A DNA stretch of 64,000 nt from an uncultured Thermoanaerobaculia bacterium (GCA_964552395.1 CAZKGM010000001.1:72408-136407), one strand, 5' to 3'; positions 47,505-56,501 are shown, numbered from the stretch's first letter. A program made the numbers and translations. The notes: a model not told the origin generated them from the letters alone.

Positions 47505-48641
47505 TCAGTGGGCGATCCCAAGCTCCTCGAGGACCGCGGCGGTATGTTCGCCGAGCGCCGGAACGGGACGGACTGGGGTTCGACCGAATGCAATCCACGG
47601 TGCCAGGCTGCTCAGGACCTCACCATCGGGAGTCGTGATCCTCTCCTCGATCCCAGGCCGTGAGCACGGCCCCTCAATACGAGCCGAGGCCAGGTCATGG
47701 ACAGCGGAGATCGGGAGACTGCGGGCGGCCGCTTCTTCCAGCCAGTGCGCGCGCGGTCGGCTGGCGAGGACCTCCCCGATCTCCCGCGCTGCCCGACGTC
47801 CCTCGTCGCCGGGGTCGAACCCGGCGCCGGCAAGATGGGGGAGGCCGAGCATGTCAAGGAAGCTGCCCCAGAACTTCGGTTCGATCACGGCCACCGCGAG
47901 CTCGAGCCTGTCGCCGCACGGGTAGCGCCGGTAGCAGGGAGCATCGCCTGCCAACAGGACGTCCAGCACGCCCGCACCGCCGGCGGCGGCATCCGCCCAG
48001 GCCCAGGCCAGAAAGGGTAGGGGGGCCGCTGCCAGTGGCTGCTCGATGACCGCGCCGCGACCGCTCTGTTGTCGAGCCAGGAGGGCGGCAAGGATGCCGG
48101 AGGTCGCAAGCAGGGCTGCGGTGACGTCAGCCAGCTGGACTGCCGGCACGCCGGTGCCCGGGAGCAGGGAAAGGAGGCCGCTGGTTGCCACGAAGTTGAG
48201 ATCATGGCCGACGCGCTCGGCCCATTCGCCGCCGTGGCCGTATGACGACAGCGAGCAGTAGACGAGCCGGGGATTGAGTGCTAGCAGGCTCTCAGCGTCC
48301 AGCCCCCAGCGCTTGGTCGTACCGGTACGGAAGCTCTCCACCACGACGTCGGCCGACTTCGCCAGGCGCAGTACGGCAGCGGCGCCTGCCTCAGATCTGA
48401 GGTCGAGGCAGACGGACTCGGAGCCGCGAAGAAGGGTCGCGAAGCCAGCACCGACGCCGCCCACGATTGGTGGTGCGGCTCGCATCGGGTCACCGCCGGT
48501 CGGGTCCTCGACCTTGATCAGGCGGGCGCCGAGGTCGATCAGCTGACGGGCGAGGACCGCGCCCGGGAGCATTCTGGAAAGATCGACTACGAGCAAGCCC
48601 GCGAGGGGCCCCGCGCTATCAGTAGCGGTTGTGGCAGTCAT
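47505..48641 (-). CDS. Family III CoA-transferase (CaiB/BaiF)
   Basis: GLLVVDLSRMLPGAVLARQLIDLGARLIKVEDPTGGDPMR is the canonical N-terminus of the family. Confidence 0.9.
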   Translation of the reverse strand: MTATTATDSAGPLAGLLVVDLSRMLPGAVLARQLIDLGARLIKVEDPTGGDPMRAAPPIVGGVGAGFATLLRGSESVCLDLRSEAGAAAVLRLAKSADVVVESFRTGTTKRWGLDAESLLALNPRLVYCSLSSYGHGGEWAERVGHDLNFVATSGLLSLLPGTGVPAVQLADVTAALLATSGILAALLARQQSGRGAVIEQPLAAAPLPFLAWAWADAAAGGAGVLDVLLAGDAPCYRRYPCGDRLELAVAVIEPKFWGSFLDMLGLPHLAGAGFDPGDEGRRAAREIGEVLASRPRAHWLEEAAARSLPISAVHDLASARIEGPCSRPGIEERITTPDGEVLSSLAPWIAFGRTPVRPVPALGEHTAAVLEELGIAH

Positions 48642-50323
48642 GGTCTTGGGACCTCCGTTCTGCTCTCCAGGACGAGCACGACAACAGTTGTGAGTGGCTC
48701 GCCTCTCCTCGGTGCGGCTCCAATACCGACGGCATCAACGTCGCCTCGGTAGATGACTTCGGGGAGGGCGATGTCGGCGGGGTCGGGGACCTCGTAGGTG
48801 AGCACTGTCAGCCGCCGGTATGAGACCCCGGCCTCACGGAGGAGGCGGCCTGCTTCTGGCGTCAGCGAGTTCGAGGACAGATCTGCCTGGCGGAGACGTA
48901 CCGCGAGCTGCTGCGTGACCTCGTCGACGGCCCTGGTCGGGCGAATTTCTGCCAGGCCGCGGACAGCGCGACGGCCTTCAATTCTGGCTCGGACTGCGTT
49001 AGCGAATGACAGTGCCGAACGGCTCAGGACCGGCTCAGCGAAGATCTGAGTCACCACCCATGGTCGCCGGCTTGCAGCCGGCTCGCGCACGATCCCGATG
49101 CCGACCACTGTGGGTTGGGGAGCGAGGATGTTGGCGCGGTGGCCCGGGCTGCGCATCAGCGCCTCCTGCGACTCGTAGATCGAGTCGCTGGTCGAGATGT
49201 TCTCTCCGGACCACTTGATCGCGTAGTGGTCGGCGGCGAGGCGTTCGGCCAGACCGCCTCGGCTGGGTGAGAGGTGGCCAAAGAAGCCGTTCAAGGCCAT
49301 GTCCTCGCTGTGGCGCCGGGCAACGGCTGCGAGGCGCTCGTCTGCCTGGACCGCAGGCAGGCCGAACCGCCGCCGGTCGGCGTTGACGAGCTCCAGCATC
49401 AGGGCTTCGGCCTCGGCCGGCGTCCTGACATCGGTCTCTTCAGGCGGTATCTTGCCCTCCCACGCACTGGCAGGGGAACTGCCGACCGTGACTGGGAACA
49501 GCGCGCAAACCTCGGGCCCGCTCGGTCCGTCGGCTGTGATCTCGACCCAGACGGTTCCCGTTCGGTGACCCAGAGGGATGCTGGCCAACCCCCAGCGGCC
49601 GGCGGCGCCGGCGCTCAGATGCTCGATGCCTCCGTCGGCAGCGAGGAGAATCACTTCGGGATCCGTGAGGCCACCAAGAAGCTGGAACTGCAAGGGAAGG
49701 TTGGAGCCCGGGCCGCCGCTGGTCGGGAAGCTCGAGAGTCTGACCGTCCGCTTGACGGCCAGGATTCCCCACCGCCATCGGAATGGAGGGTTCTGGGCGG
49801 GAACCCTGGCTACGCCGATGTGGGTCGCACCCTCGAGCCCGGGCTGGGCGAGGAGCTCACGAACACCTTCGATGACTTCCTCGGTGCTGTCCTCGGTCGT
49901 GTAGAGGACCGTCGCGGTGGCAGATGGATCCGGGCAGCCCGCCCAATGGACCATGAACTCGATCGCGGCGAGTGGTGGCTGCGTCGTGGCGTCATGCGGC
50001 ACCTGTCGGGCGTAGGCCGCCGCCGCCCGCATCAGGCAGGGTGAGAGGCGGAGCCGGGGGAAGGCGGCAGCCAGCTTCTGTGAGACCTCGGTTCGCGGGC
50101 TCTGCCCGTCGGTCGTATAGTACTGGGCCGCCGGGGCTGTCATGACGTAACGCACATGCCGGCCCAGGGCGCCGTCCACGCTTGCCGCCGGAGCCGCGCC
50201 GAGGCTCGTGAGTGCTGTGCCGCAGGCGAGGAGGAGAGCTGTTGTCGCCACCGCTGTGCCGGCCCGGCGGACAACCGTGGCGGGGGGATCACAGGTGCCG
50301 CCGTCCAGGTGCTCGACCTCCAC
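48638..50323 (-). CDS. CAP (SCP/PR1-like) domain-containing secreted/lipoprotein
   Basis: Central CAP domain (NADRRRFGLPAV...RRHSEDMALNGFFGH...GENIS...ALMRSPGHRANIL). N-terminal hydrophobic segment with LLLAC. GTG start. Confidence 0.75.
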   Translation of the reverse strand: MEVEHLDGGTCDPPATVVRRAGTAVATTALLLACGTALTSLGAAPAASVDGALGRHVRYVMTAPAAQYYTTDGQSPRTEVSQKLAAAFPRLRLSPCLMRAAAAYARQVPHDATTQPPLAAIEFMVHWAGCPDPSATATVLYTTEDSTEEVIEGVRELLAQPGLEGATHIGVARVPAQNPPFRWRWGILAVKRTVRLSSFPTSGGPGSNLPLQFQLLGGLTDPEVILLAADGGIEHLSAGAAGRWGLASIPLGHRTGTVWVEITADGPSGPEVCALFPVTVGSSPASAWEGKIPPEETDVRTPAEAEALMLELVNADRRRFGLPAVQADERLAAVARRHSEDMALNGFFGHLSPSRGGLAERLAADHYAIKWSGENISTSDSIYESQEALMRSPGHRANILAPQPTVVGIGIVREPAASRRPWVVTQIFAEPVLSRSALSFANAVRARIEGRRAVRGLAEIRPTRAVDEVTQQLAVRLRQADLSSNSLTPEAGRLLREAGVSYRRLTVLTYEVPDPADIALPEVIYRGDVDAVGIGAAPRRGEPLTTVVVLVLESRTEVPRP

Positions 50324-50344
50324 GTTCAGATCCTAACCGGATCA

Positions 50345-50659
50345 TTGACTCGCGGTCTACTGCGAACGGCCTCTCTGTCCACTCTCAACAACATGGCCGA
50401 GGTGCTGGGTCGCTATCCCGACACGCGGGTCATCGTCTCGGGCTACACGGACTCCCAGGGTAGCGAGGAGCACAACCTGCAGCTGTCGGAACGGCGCGCT
50501 TCCTCGGTCCGTAGCTCTCTCATCTCGCGCGGGGTACGGCAGGAGCGAATCACGGCGGTGGGCCTTGGGGAGAGCGATCCAGTCGACACCAACCAGACCG
50601 CCCAAGGGCAACAGAACAACCGGCGGGTGGAGCTTCGCGTCCTCTTTGATAGGGCATAG
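50345..50659 (+). CDS. OmpA-family peptidoglycan-binding domain only (N-terminally truncated ORF, possible gene remnant)
   Basis: VIVSGYTDSQGSEEHNLQLSERRASSV...G.GESDPV..N.T..G...NRRVELRV is a complete OmpA_C core. There is no signal peptide or N-domain. Candidate starts are TTG at 50345 or ATG at 50391. The upstream in-frame part overlaps the CAP gene antisense. Confidence 0.55.
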   Translation: MTRGLLRTASLSTLNNMAEVLGRYPDTRVIVSGYTDSQGSEEHNLQLSERRASSVRSSLISRGVRQERITAVGLGESDPVDTNQTAQGQQNNRRVELRVLFDRA

Positions 50660-50732
50660 GCGGCCTGTTGGCGGGCGAGTTCCGGGACGCGGTTGTGGGC
50701 CTCTGCACCACCTTCTCCTGTTGACGCGCTGA

Positions 50733-50746
50733 TTGACCTGGATCAA
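50733..50746 (+). promoter_or_regulatory. FNR/CRP-family binding box TTGAC-N4-ATCAA
   Basis: ttgacctggatcaa is read at 50733-50746, about 46 nt upstream of the ATG at 50792. A Crp/Fnr regulator with the E--SR recognition helix is encoded next door. Confidence 0.5.
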
Positions 50747-50791
50747 GGACTGCGGCGGCCTCCGGGCCGATCCTGGTTCCAGGAGGTGCGC

Positions 50792-51871
50792 ATGAGGCTG
50801 CCCAAGATCCTGGCTGCTCGTCGCGGTGCACAGCTGGTGATGGCGGCGGTCGTGATGCTCATTGGGGTTCAGTTCGGGATGTGGGTGCGCCCGCAGCTGG
50901 TCGGGTTGTGGCCGAGCGTGTCTCGCCCCGCAGGCGCCGAAGGTTTCCTGCCGATCGACGCCATGCTCGCCTTCCGTCACTGGTTGGGCACGGGCGCCAT
51001 CGATGCGATTCACCCGGCGGCACTCGCCATCTTCGTCGGCATCTGCTTGATGTCTACGATCGTCGCGAGATCCTTCTGTTCGAACCTGTGCCCAGTCGGG
51101 TTGGTCTCGGAGCTGCTCGGACGCCTCGGCCTGCGTTCGGTCGGCCGTACGGTGACGCCGCCGAATTGGATCGACATTCCGCTGCGTGGGCTCAGGTTCG
51201 TCCTGCTCGGTTTCTTTGTTTGGGTGATCTGGTTCGCCATGGACCAGCGAGGGGTCGAGGCCTTCCTCACCAGCCCCTATGCCAAGGTCGTCGATGCCAA
51301 GATGTGGTTGTTCTTTGCCAGACCGTCACGGTTGACCGTCGCCGTGCTCGGCATACTGGTCGTCGGCTCGGTGTTCGTGCGCGATCTCTGGTGCCGCTAC
51401 CTGTGTCCGTACGGAGCCCTTCTCGGGATCCTCGGTCGCCTCGCCCCGCTCAAGGTGACTCGGAGAGAGGACCTCTGCACCGGCTGTCAGGCATGTACCA
51501 GGGCCTGCCCGGCGCGCCTGCCGGTCCATAGCATGGGGCGGGTTGCGTCGATCGAGTGCACCTCGTGCCAGGACTGTGTCGTTGCATGCCCGGTCGAATC
51601 GTGTCTTGCAGTGCGGCCGCCGCTGGTCGTGTCGCGACGCCGCTGGCTCAGGCCTGCGGTGGCGGTGGCTCTGGCGGTCTCCCTCTACATCGTCGTCATC
51701 GGCGGCTTCCGTCTCACCGGTCACTGGCACACGACAGTCACACAGGCCGAGTATCACCATCGCCTGCGCCAGATCGACTCACCCCTCTACACCCATGTGA
51801 GGGGCGTCGCGATGGTCGAGCCATCGCAGGTGACCGGCGGCACTGCGGAGTCGCTTCAAGCCAGGCGCTAG
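50792..51871 (+). CDS. NapH/MauN-like membrane polyferredoxin (4Fe-4S binding)
   Basis: TM helices with CSNLCPVG and CRYLCPYG motifs, plus two ferredoxin motifs CTGCQACTRACP and CTSCQDCVVACP. Confidence 0.82.
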   Translation: MRLPKILAARRGAQLVMAAVVMLIGVQFGMWVRPQLVGLWPSVSRPAGAEGFLPIDAMLAFRHWLGTGAIDAIHPAALAIFVGICLMSTIVARSFCSNLCPVGLVSELLGRLGLRSVGRTVTPPNWIDIPLRGLRFVLLGFFVWVIWFAMDQRGVEAFLTSPYAKVVDAKMWLFFARPSRLTVAVLGILVVGSVFVRDLWCRYLCPYGALLGILGRLAPLKVTRREDLCTGCQACTRACPARLPVHSMGRVASIECTSCQDCVVACPVESCLAVRPPLVVSRRRWLRPAVAVALAVSLYIVVIGGFRLTGHWHTTVTQAEYHHRLRQIDSPLYTHVRGVAMVEPSQVTGGTAESLQARR

Positions 51872-51969
51872 CAGGGCCGTTGACACACGGCGACGGGTTA
51901 CAGCGAACCGGCTGCGACACGAGCAGGTCGGCGCCGGGAGCTGCCGGCGCAACGGCGGCTCTCGCACCG

Positions 51970-51998
51970 CTGACAGCGTCAAACATGCGCCGTATACT
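51970..51998 (+). promoter_or_regulatory. Candidate promoter cTGACA-17-TATACT placing the TSS at or next to the crp/fnr ATG (leaderless candidate)
   Basis: ctgaca at 51970-75, 17-nt spacer, tatact at 51993-98. The ATG begins at 52005 and no SD lies between. Confidence 0.4.
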
Positions 51999-52004
51999 GC
52001 CGGA

Positions 52005-52691
52005 ATGAGTCGAGCTCCCGAGACCTTGCTCGAGGTTCCGCTCGTCAGACACCTGCCGGAGGATCTCAGTCAGCGGCTGATCGCGATCGGGACGGAGCGC
52101 CGCTTCGAGCGCGGAGAGATCCTGTTCATGGAAGGGGCGACCGCAGAGGCGATGTACGCCGTCGTGTCGGGGAAGATCAAGCTCGTGCGCTACTCCCCGA
52201 AGGGCAAGGAGCTGCTTCTGCATCTCGTCAAGCCGGGCCAGAGCTTTGCCGAGGCGGCGCTGTTCGGAGAGCGGACCTACCCCGCCACGGCGGTCGCTCT
52301 CGAACGCACGGCGGTCTGGGTGTGGGAGCGGGACCGCCTGCTGCGGCTCATTGCCGAGGTGCCCGGCCTGGCCCTGGCCATGATTGCCTCTATCTCGGTG
52401 TGGACACGCCGGCTTGCCGGCAAGCTCGAGCTGCTGACCCAGCGGCGAGTCGAAGAGAGATTCGCGATCTACCTTCTCGGGCGCGCGGGGGGGCGGGACC
52501 TCGCTCAAGGCGAGGAAATCGAGCTGCGTGAGCCGCGCCACCTCATTGCTGCGCAGTGTGGGACCGCGCCCGAGGTGCTGTCACGGACCCTACGCCGTCT
52601 TGAGGAGGAGGGGATCCTCCATGCCGAGGCAGAGGTGATCCGGATTCTCGAGCCGCAGCGGCTGCGCGACCTGGCGGAGGCCATCGAGTAA
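52005..52691 (+). CDS. Crp/Fnr family transcriptional regulator (no N-terminal Cys cluster)
   Basis: cNMP-binding-like beta-barrel (FMEGATAEAMYAVVSGKIKL) and a C-terminal HTH with the E--SR motif (APEVLSRTLRRLEEEGIL). Confidence 0.92.
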   Translation: MSRAPETLLEVPLVRHLPEDLSQRLIAIGTERRFERGEILFMEGATAEAMYAVVSGKIKLVRYSPKGKELLLHLVKPGQSFAEAALFGERTYPATAVALERTAVWVWERDRLLRLIAEVPGLALAMIASISVWTRRLAGKLELLTQRRVEERFAIYLLGRAGGRDLAQGEEIELREPRHLIAAQCGTAPEVLSRTLRRLEEEGILHAEAEVIRILEPQRLRDLAEAIE

Positions 52692-52764
52692 GCGAGCCGG
52701 GTCAGAAAGTCGGTGGGAGAGAGAGTCCAACTCCTTGCAATTGACACCCGTTCTCGAGCGCGGC

Positions 52765-53136
52765 ATGATGAGGAGGATGCGAGGCCGTCGGTTGAGCTCG
52801 TTGGCGATAGCGGCCACCCTGTTGGTGGCCTGGCACGGGCTCCTCATCCGCCTGCCGCACACCCACCTTGACGACCAGGTTCCGCGCTACGAGGGAACCT
52901 GTTCGGCCGCCCGTCCCGGAAGCCATGCCTTTCACCTTCACCGCACGCCGGTACAGCTGGCGCCGCACCAGTGCCTGGCCTGCCTGGTCAGCTCCACCTC
53001 GGCTGCGCCGACCGGCGAGAGCGCGGTTCCGACGCCGCAGACGGCGACCGGGCACGCATCGTCCCTCCTCGAGAGCCCGCCGGCCATCGAGCGGGCCCAC
53101 CTTCCCGACCTACGCGCTCCTCCCATCCTCTCCTGA
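52765..53136 (+). CDS. Small DUF2946-like protein (TM anchor, CxxC, C-terminal RAPP)
   Basis: MMRRMRGRRLSSLAIAATLLVAW anchor, His-rich segment, CLAC, and an ending ...DLRAPPILS. This resembles the DUF2946 proteins found in metal-uptake loci, from memory. Start uncertain. Confidence 0.4.
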   Translation: MMRRMRGRRLSSLAIAATLLVAWHGLLIRLPHTHLDDQVPRYEGTCSAARPGSHAFHLHRTPVQLAPHQCLACLVSSTSAAPTGESAVPTPQTATGHASSLLESPPAIERAHLPDLRAPPILS

Positions 53137-53198
53137 GGTCCGCGGGTGAGACGCCCGCGCTATCGTGAACGGACAGCTCAGGGATGACAGGAGGAATC

Positions 53199-54482
53199 AT
53201 GCGACTCAAGAACGCCCGAGCTTTGCTCGGTGTGGTCCTGGTTCTCTCGACGGGACTGGTGGCATCGGCGCAAGAAACGCCGCCCGCAACCACTAAGGAG
53301 TCCCCCACCGTCGAGCAGCTGCAGCAGCGTTTGGAGAAGCTCACGCAGCAACTGCATGAGGTCCAGCAGCAGCTGCAGGAGCTCACGGCAAAGCAGAAGA
53401 CGCAGCAGCAGCAGTCTGAGGCAGAGAGCCTGCGCCAAGAAGCGGCGGCCGAGGCGGCGCGCGCAGCCTCCCCGGGAAAGGTTGACACGACCACTGCGTT
53501 CATCTCCGGAACCCGGATGCAGCCGCAGCTGAATCCGGAGATCTCGGTCACCGGCAACATGTTCGCCATCGGTGGTACCAGCGAGAAGGAGCGGGCTTCG
53601 ATCGGCGAGTGGGAGCTCGATGTGCAGTCCTACCTCGATCCGTACACCCGCATGCATGTCGTCTTTTCCAAGCCGGAGGATGGTGGCATCGATCTCGAGG
53701 AGGGGTACGTGACCTGGCTCAACCTGCCGGGTAGCACCAGCCTGTCCGTCGGCAAGAAGCGCCAGCAGTTCGGTGTCCTCAACCGCTGGCACCCGCACGC
53801 CTACGATCAGGTCGACGGCCCGTGGGTGCTTCAGGAGAGCTTCGGTGAGGAGGGACTGAAAGGGACGGGTCTGTCGCTGGACTGGCTGATGCCGCGGCTC
53901 TGGGCGCATGCCAACGAGCTCACCGTCGAGGTCATGAACGGCAACAACGATGTTGCCTTCGCCGGCGAGGACTGGCAGCACCCGTCAGTTCTCGCTCGAC
54001 TCAAGAGCTACTGGGACCTCACACCGGACAGCTACCTGGAGATCGGCCTGAACGGCCTGCATGGTAACGCGGATGCCGCGGGTCGACTGAACCATGACTT
54101 CTACGCCCTCGACCTGACCTACAACTGGTACCCGGCGAACCGCGAGATTTACCACGAGTTCACGCTGCGGGGAATGCTCCTGCGTTCTCGGCTCGACCTG
54201 GATAGCATCGCGCGGCGGGACGCGTGGGGCGGATACCTCTACGGGCAGTACAAATTCTCGCCCCACTGGATCGCCGGCCTACGCTACGACCGGGTCGACG
54301 ACCAGCGCGAGGCCGGGCACCGCTACTGGGGCTTGTCGCCATACCTGACCTTCTGGGAGTCGGAGTTCGTGCGCCTGCGCGGGCAGGCAAGCTATCGCAG
54401 AGACAATCTCTACGGAGCCGATCGGCGCTTCGTCCTCCAACTCACGATCGCGGCAGGTCCGCACAAGCACGACCACTACTGA
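53199..54482 (+). CDS. Putative outer-membrane beta-barrel (porin-like) protein with N-terminal Gln-rich coiled coil
   Basis: Signal peptide MRLKNARALLGVVLVLSTGLVASAQE. QQLQQRLEKLTQQLHEVQQQLQEL coil. Alternating beta-strand pattern, aromatic-rich with a terminal ...QLTIAAG strand and an HKHDHY tail. Confidence 0.6.
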   Translation: MRLKNARALLGVVLVLSTGLVASAQETPPATTKESPTVEQLQQRLEKLTQQLHEVQQQLQELTAKQKTQQQQSEAESLRQEAAAEAARAASPGKVDTTTAFISGTRMQPQLNPEISVTGNMFAIGGTSEKERASIGEWELDVQSYLDPYTRMHVVFSKPEDGGIDLEEGYVTWLNLPGSTSLSVGKKRQQFGVLNRWHPHAYDQVDGPWVLQESFGEEGLKGTGLSLDWLMPRLWAHANELTVEVMNGNNDVAFAGEDWQHPSVLARLKSYWDLTPDSYLEIGLNGLHGNADAAGRLNHDFYALDLTYNWYPANREIYHEFTLRGMLLRSRLDLDSIARRDAWGGYLYGQYKFSPHWIAGLRYDRVDDQREAGHRYWGLSPYLTFWESEFVRLRGQASYRRDNLYGADRRFVLQLTIAAGPHKHDHY

Positions 54483-54493
54483 CGGGAGGGATC

Positions 54494-55561
54494 ATGAATA
54501 ACGCGAGATCGATTCTGCCCATGCTGCTGGTTCTCGGCTTTCTCATGCCCTCCGCGGCCGACGCCAAGGTCAACGTCGTGACAACGTTGCAGGACTACGC
54601 GGCGATTGCGCGCGAGGTCGGCGGAGACCGGATCGAGGCGAGAGCCATCGTCGCCGGCAACGCCGATCCTCACTTCATCAAGCCGAAGCCGTCGTACGCC
54701 CTCATGCTTCGCAGCGCCGACCTGTTCGTCAGTACCGGCCTCGACCTCGAGCTGTGGGCGCCGGTGCTGGTGAACAAGTCCGGCAACCGCAACATCGTCG
54801 ACGGCGGTCCGGGCTACGTAGCGGCGGCGCACGGGATCGAGTTGCTGCAGAAGCCGGCGTCGCTGGACCGGTCCGGCGGCGATATCCACATCTACGGCAA
54901 CCCGCACATCCAGACCTCGCCACTCAATGCGGCCATCATCGCCAGGAACATTGCCACGGGCCTGTGCAAGGTGGACCCGGACGGCTGCCGCGCCTACCAG
55001 ACAAACCTGGCCGCCTTCAACGACCGGCTTGCCCGCCGGCTCTACGGCGATGACCTGGTGGGGCTACTCGGCGCGGATGCCCTGGACGGGCTGGCGCGCA
55101 AGGACCGTCTGATCCCGTTCCTGCATGATCACGGCCTGGCCGACAAGCTCGGCGGCTGGATGAAACAGGGTCTAGCGTTCCGCGGCCGGAAGATCGTCAG
55201 CTACCACAAGAACTGGGTGTACTTCACGACGCTGTTCGGCCTTGACGTGGTCGACTACGTAGAGGCCAAGCCGGGGATTCCACCTACCGCGCGCCACGTG
55301 GCTGACCTCATCCGGGAGATCAAGTCGCAGAAGATTCGTGTGCTGCTGGCGGCCAACTACTTCGAGCGGCGTAAGCCGCAGCTGATTGCCGATCGCACCG
55401 GCATCGTGCCCGTCATCGTGCCGACCTCGGTGAACGGGGAGGCCGGTGTCGACACCTACTTCAAGCTCATCGACACCTGGGTGTCTCGCCTGCGAAGCGC
55501 CTTCGCACAGGTGGATGCAGGGGAAGGGAAACCGGCATCCGCCGGAGCCGGGAAGAGCTGA
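54494..55561 (+). CDS. Metal (Zn/Mn family, cluster A-I) ABC transporter substrate-binding protein
   Basis: Signal peptide, then KVNVVTTLQDYAAIAREVGGDRI...DPHF..PKPS...HIYGNPH... is a ZnuA/TroA-type pattern. Confidence 0.88.
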   Translation: MNNARSILPMLLVLGFLMPSAADAKVNVVTTLQDYAAIAREVGGDRIEARAIVAGNADPHFIKPKPSYALMLRSADLFVSTGLDLELWAPVLVNKSGNRNIVDGGPGYVAAAHGIELLQKPASLDRSGGDIHIYGNPHIQTSPLNAAIIARNIATGLCKVDPDGCRAYQTNLAAFNDRLARRLYGDDLVGLLGADALDGLARKDRLIPFLHDHGLADKLGGWMKQGLAFRGRKIVSYHKNWVYFTTLFGLDVVDYVEAKPGIPPTARHVADLIREIKSQKIRVLLAANYFERRKPQLIADRTGIVPVIVPTSVNGEAGVDTYFKLIDTWVSRLRSAFAQVDAGEGKPASAGAGKS

Positions 55562-55634
55562 GCGAATGCAGCGGCCGCCGCGGGTCTTCCCGCGGCGGCC
55601 TTCACGATGTTGAGAGGGAACGAGGAGCCGTCCG

Positions 55635-56501
55635 ATGATCGAGATGCTGAGCTTCATGGCTGCGCCGTTTGCCGCCTGCCTGGTGCTGGTGGGGATCCAC
55701 GCCTACTTCGGAATCCACGTCATCGAGCGACGCGTGCTGTTCGTTGACCTCGCGGTCGCCCAGTTTGCGGCCCTCGGAGCGGTGGTGGGCTTTGCCGGCG
55801 GTCACCATCCCGGCAGCCTCGGCTCGACGCTGTACAGCATGGCCTTCGCGACCATTGCGGCGGCGCTCTTCGCCGTCACGCGGATGCGCCACGAGAAGCT
55901 GCCTCAGGAGGCGATCATCGGCATCACCTTTGTAGTCGCGTCGGCGGCAGCGATCCTCGTGGCCGACAAGGCGCCCGAAGGCGCCGAGCACATCAAGGAA
56001 ACGCTTGCCGGCAGCCTCCTGTGGGTCACCTGGCCGACGGTCGTCAAGGACCTCGTCATCTACTCAGCGGTGGGGCTGTTTCACTGGTGCCTTCGCAAGC
56101 GTTTCCTGCTCATTACCACCCGGCCGGAGGAGGCGTATCGACGGGGCTGGTGGGTGCAGTGGTGGGACTTTCTGTTCTACCTGTCGTTCGGGGTCATCAT
56201 CACCTTCTCGGTGGAGATCGGCGGCATCCTGATGGTGTTCAGCTACCTCGTGATCCCGGCGTGTATCGCGATCCTGCTGGCCGAGAGCATGCGCAGGCGG
56301 CTGATCCTCGGGTGGGTCATCGGCTGGCTCGGCTCGGCCGTTGGGCTGGTTGGATCGTACGTCTGGGACTTCCCGACCGGACCCGCGATCGTGGTCGTGC
56401 TCGGGCTGATGCTCATCCTGACGTGGGTGGTCGACGTGGCGCGCCGGGGCAGGGCGATTCCCCAGGTTACCGTGGGGAGCCCTCCTCGAGGTCGCCTCTG
56501 A
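55635..56501 (+). CDS. Metal ABC transporter permease (ABC-3 / ZnuB-like)
   Basis: 8-9 TM helices with an ABC-3 family N-terminus (FMAAPFAACLVLVGIHAYFGIHVIERRVLFVDLAVAQ). Confidence 0.88.
   Translation: MIEMLSFMAAPFAACLVLVGIHAYFGIHVIERRVLFVDLAVAQFAALGAVVGFAGGHHPGSLGSTLYSMAFATIAAALFAVTRMRHEKLPQEAIIGITFVVASAAAILVADKAPEGAEHIKETLAGSLLWVTWPTVVKDLVIYSAVGLFHWCLRKRFLLITTRPEEAYRRGWWVQWWDFLFYLSFGVIITFSVEIGGILMVFSYLVIPACIAILLAESMRRRLILGWVIGWLGSAVGLVGSYVWDFPTGPAIVVVLGLMLILTWVVDVARRGRAIPQVTVGSPPRGRL

Noticed and set aside
53137-53198. Zur/Fur-type operator upstream of the metal-uptake genes (also checked 52692-52764 and 54483-54493)
   Set aside because: No AT-rich palindrome of the known Zur, Fur or MntR types is visible. 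The short TTGCAATTG palindrome at ~52735 is too short to call.
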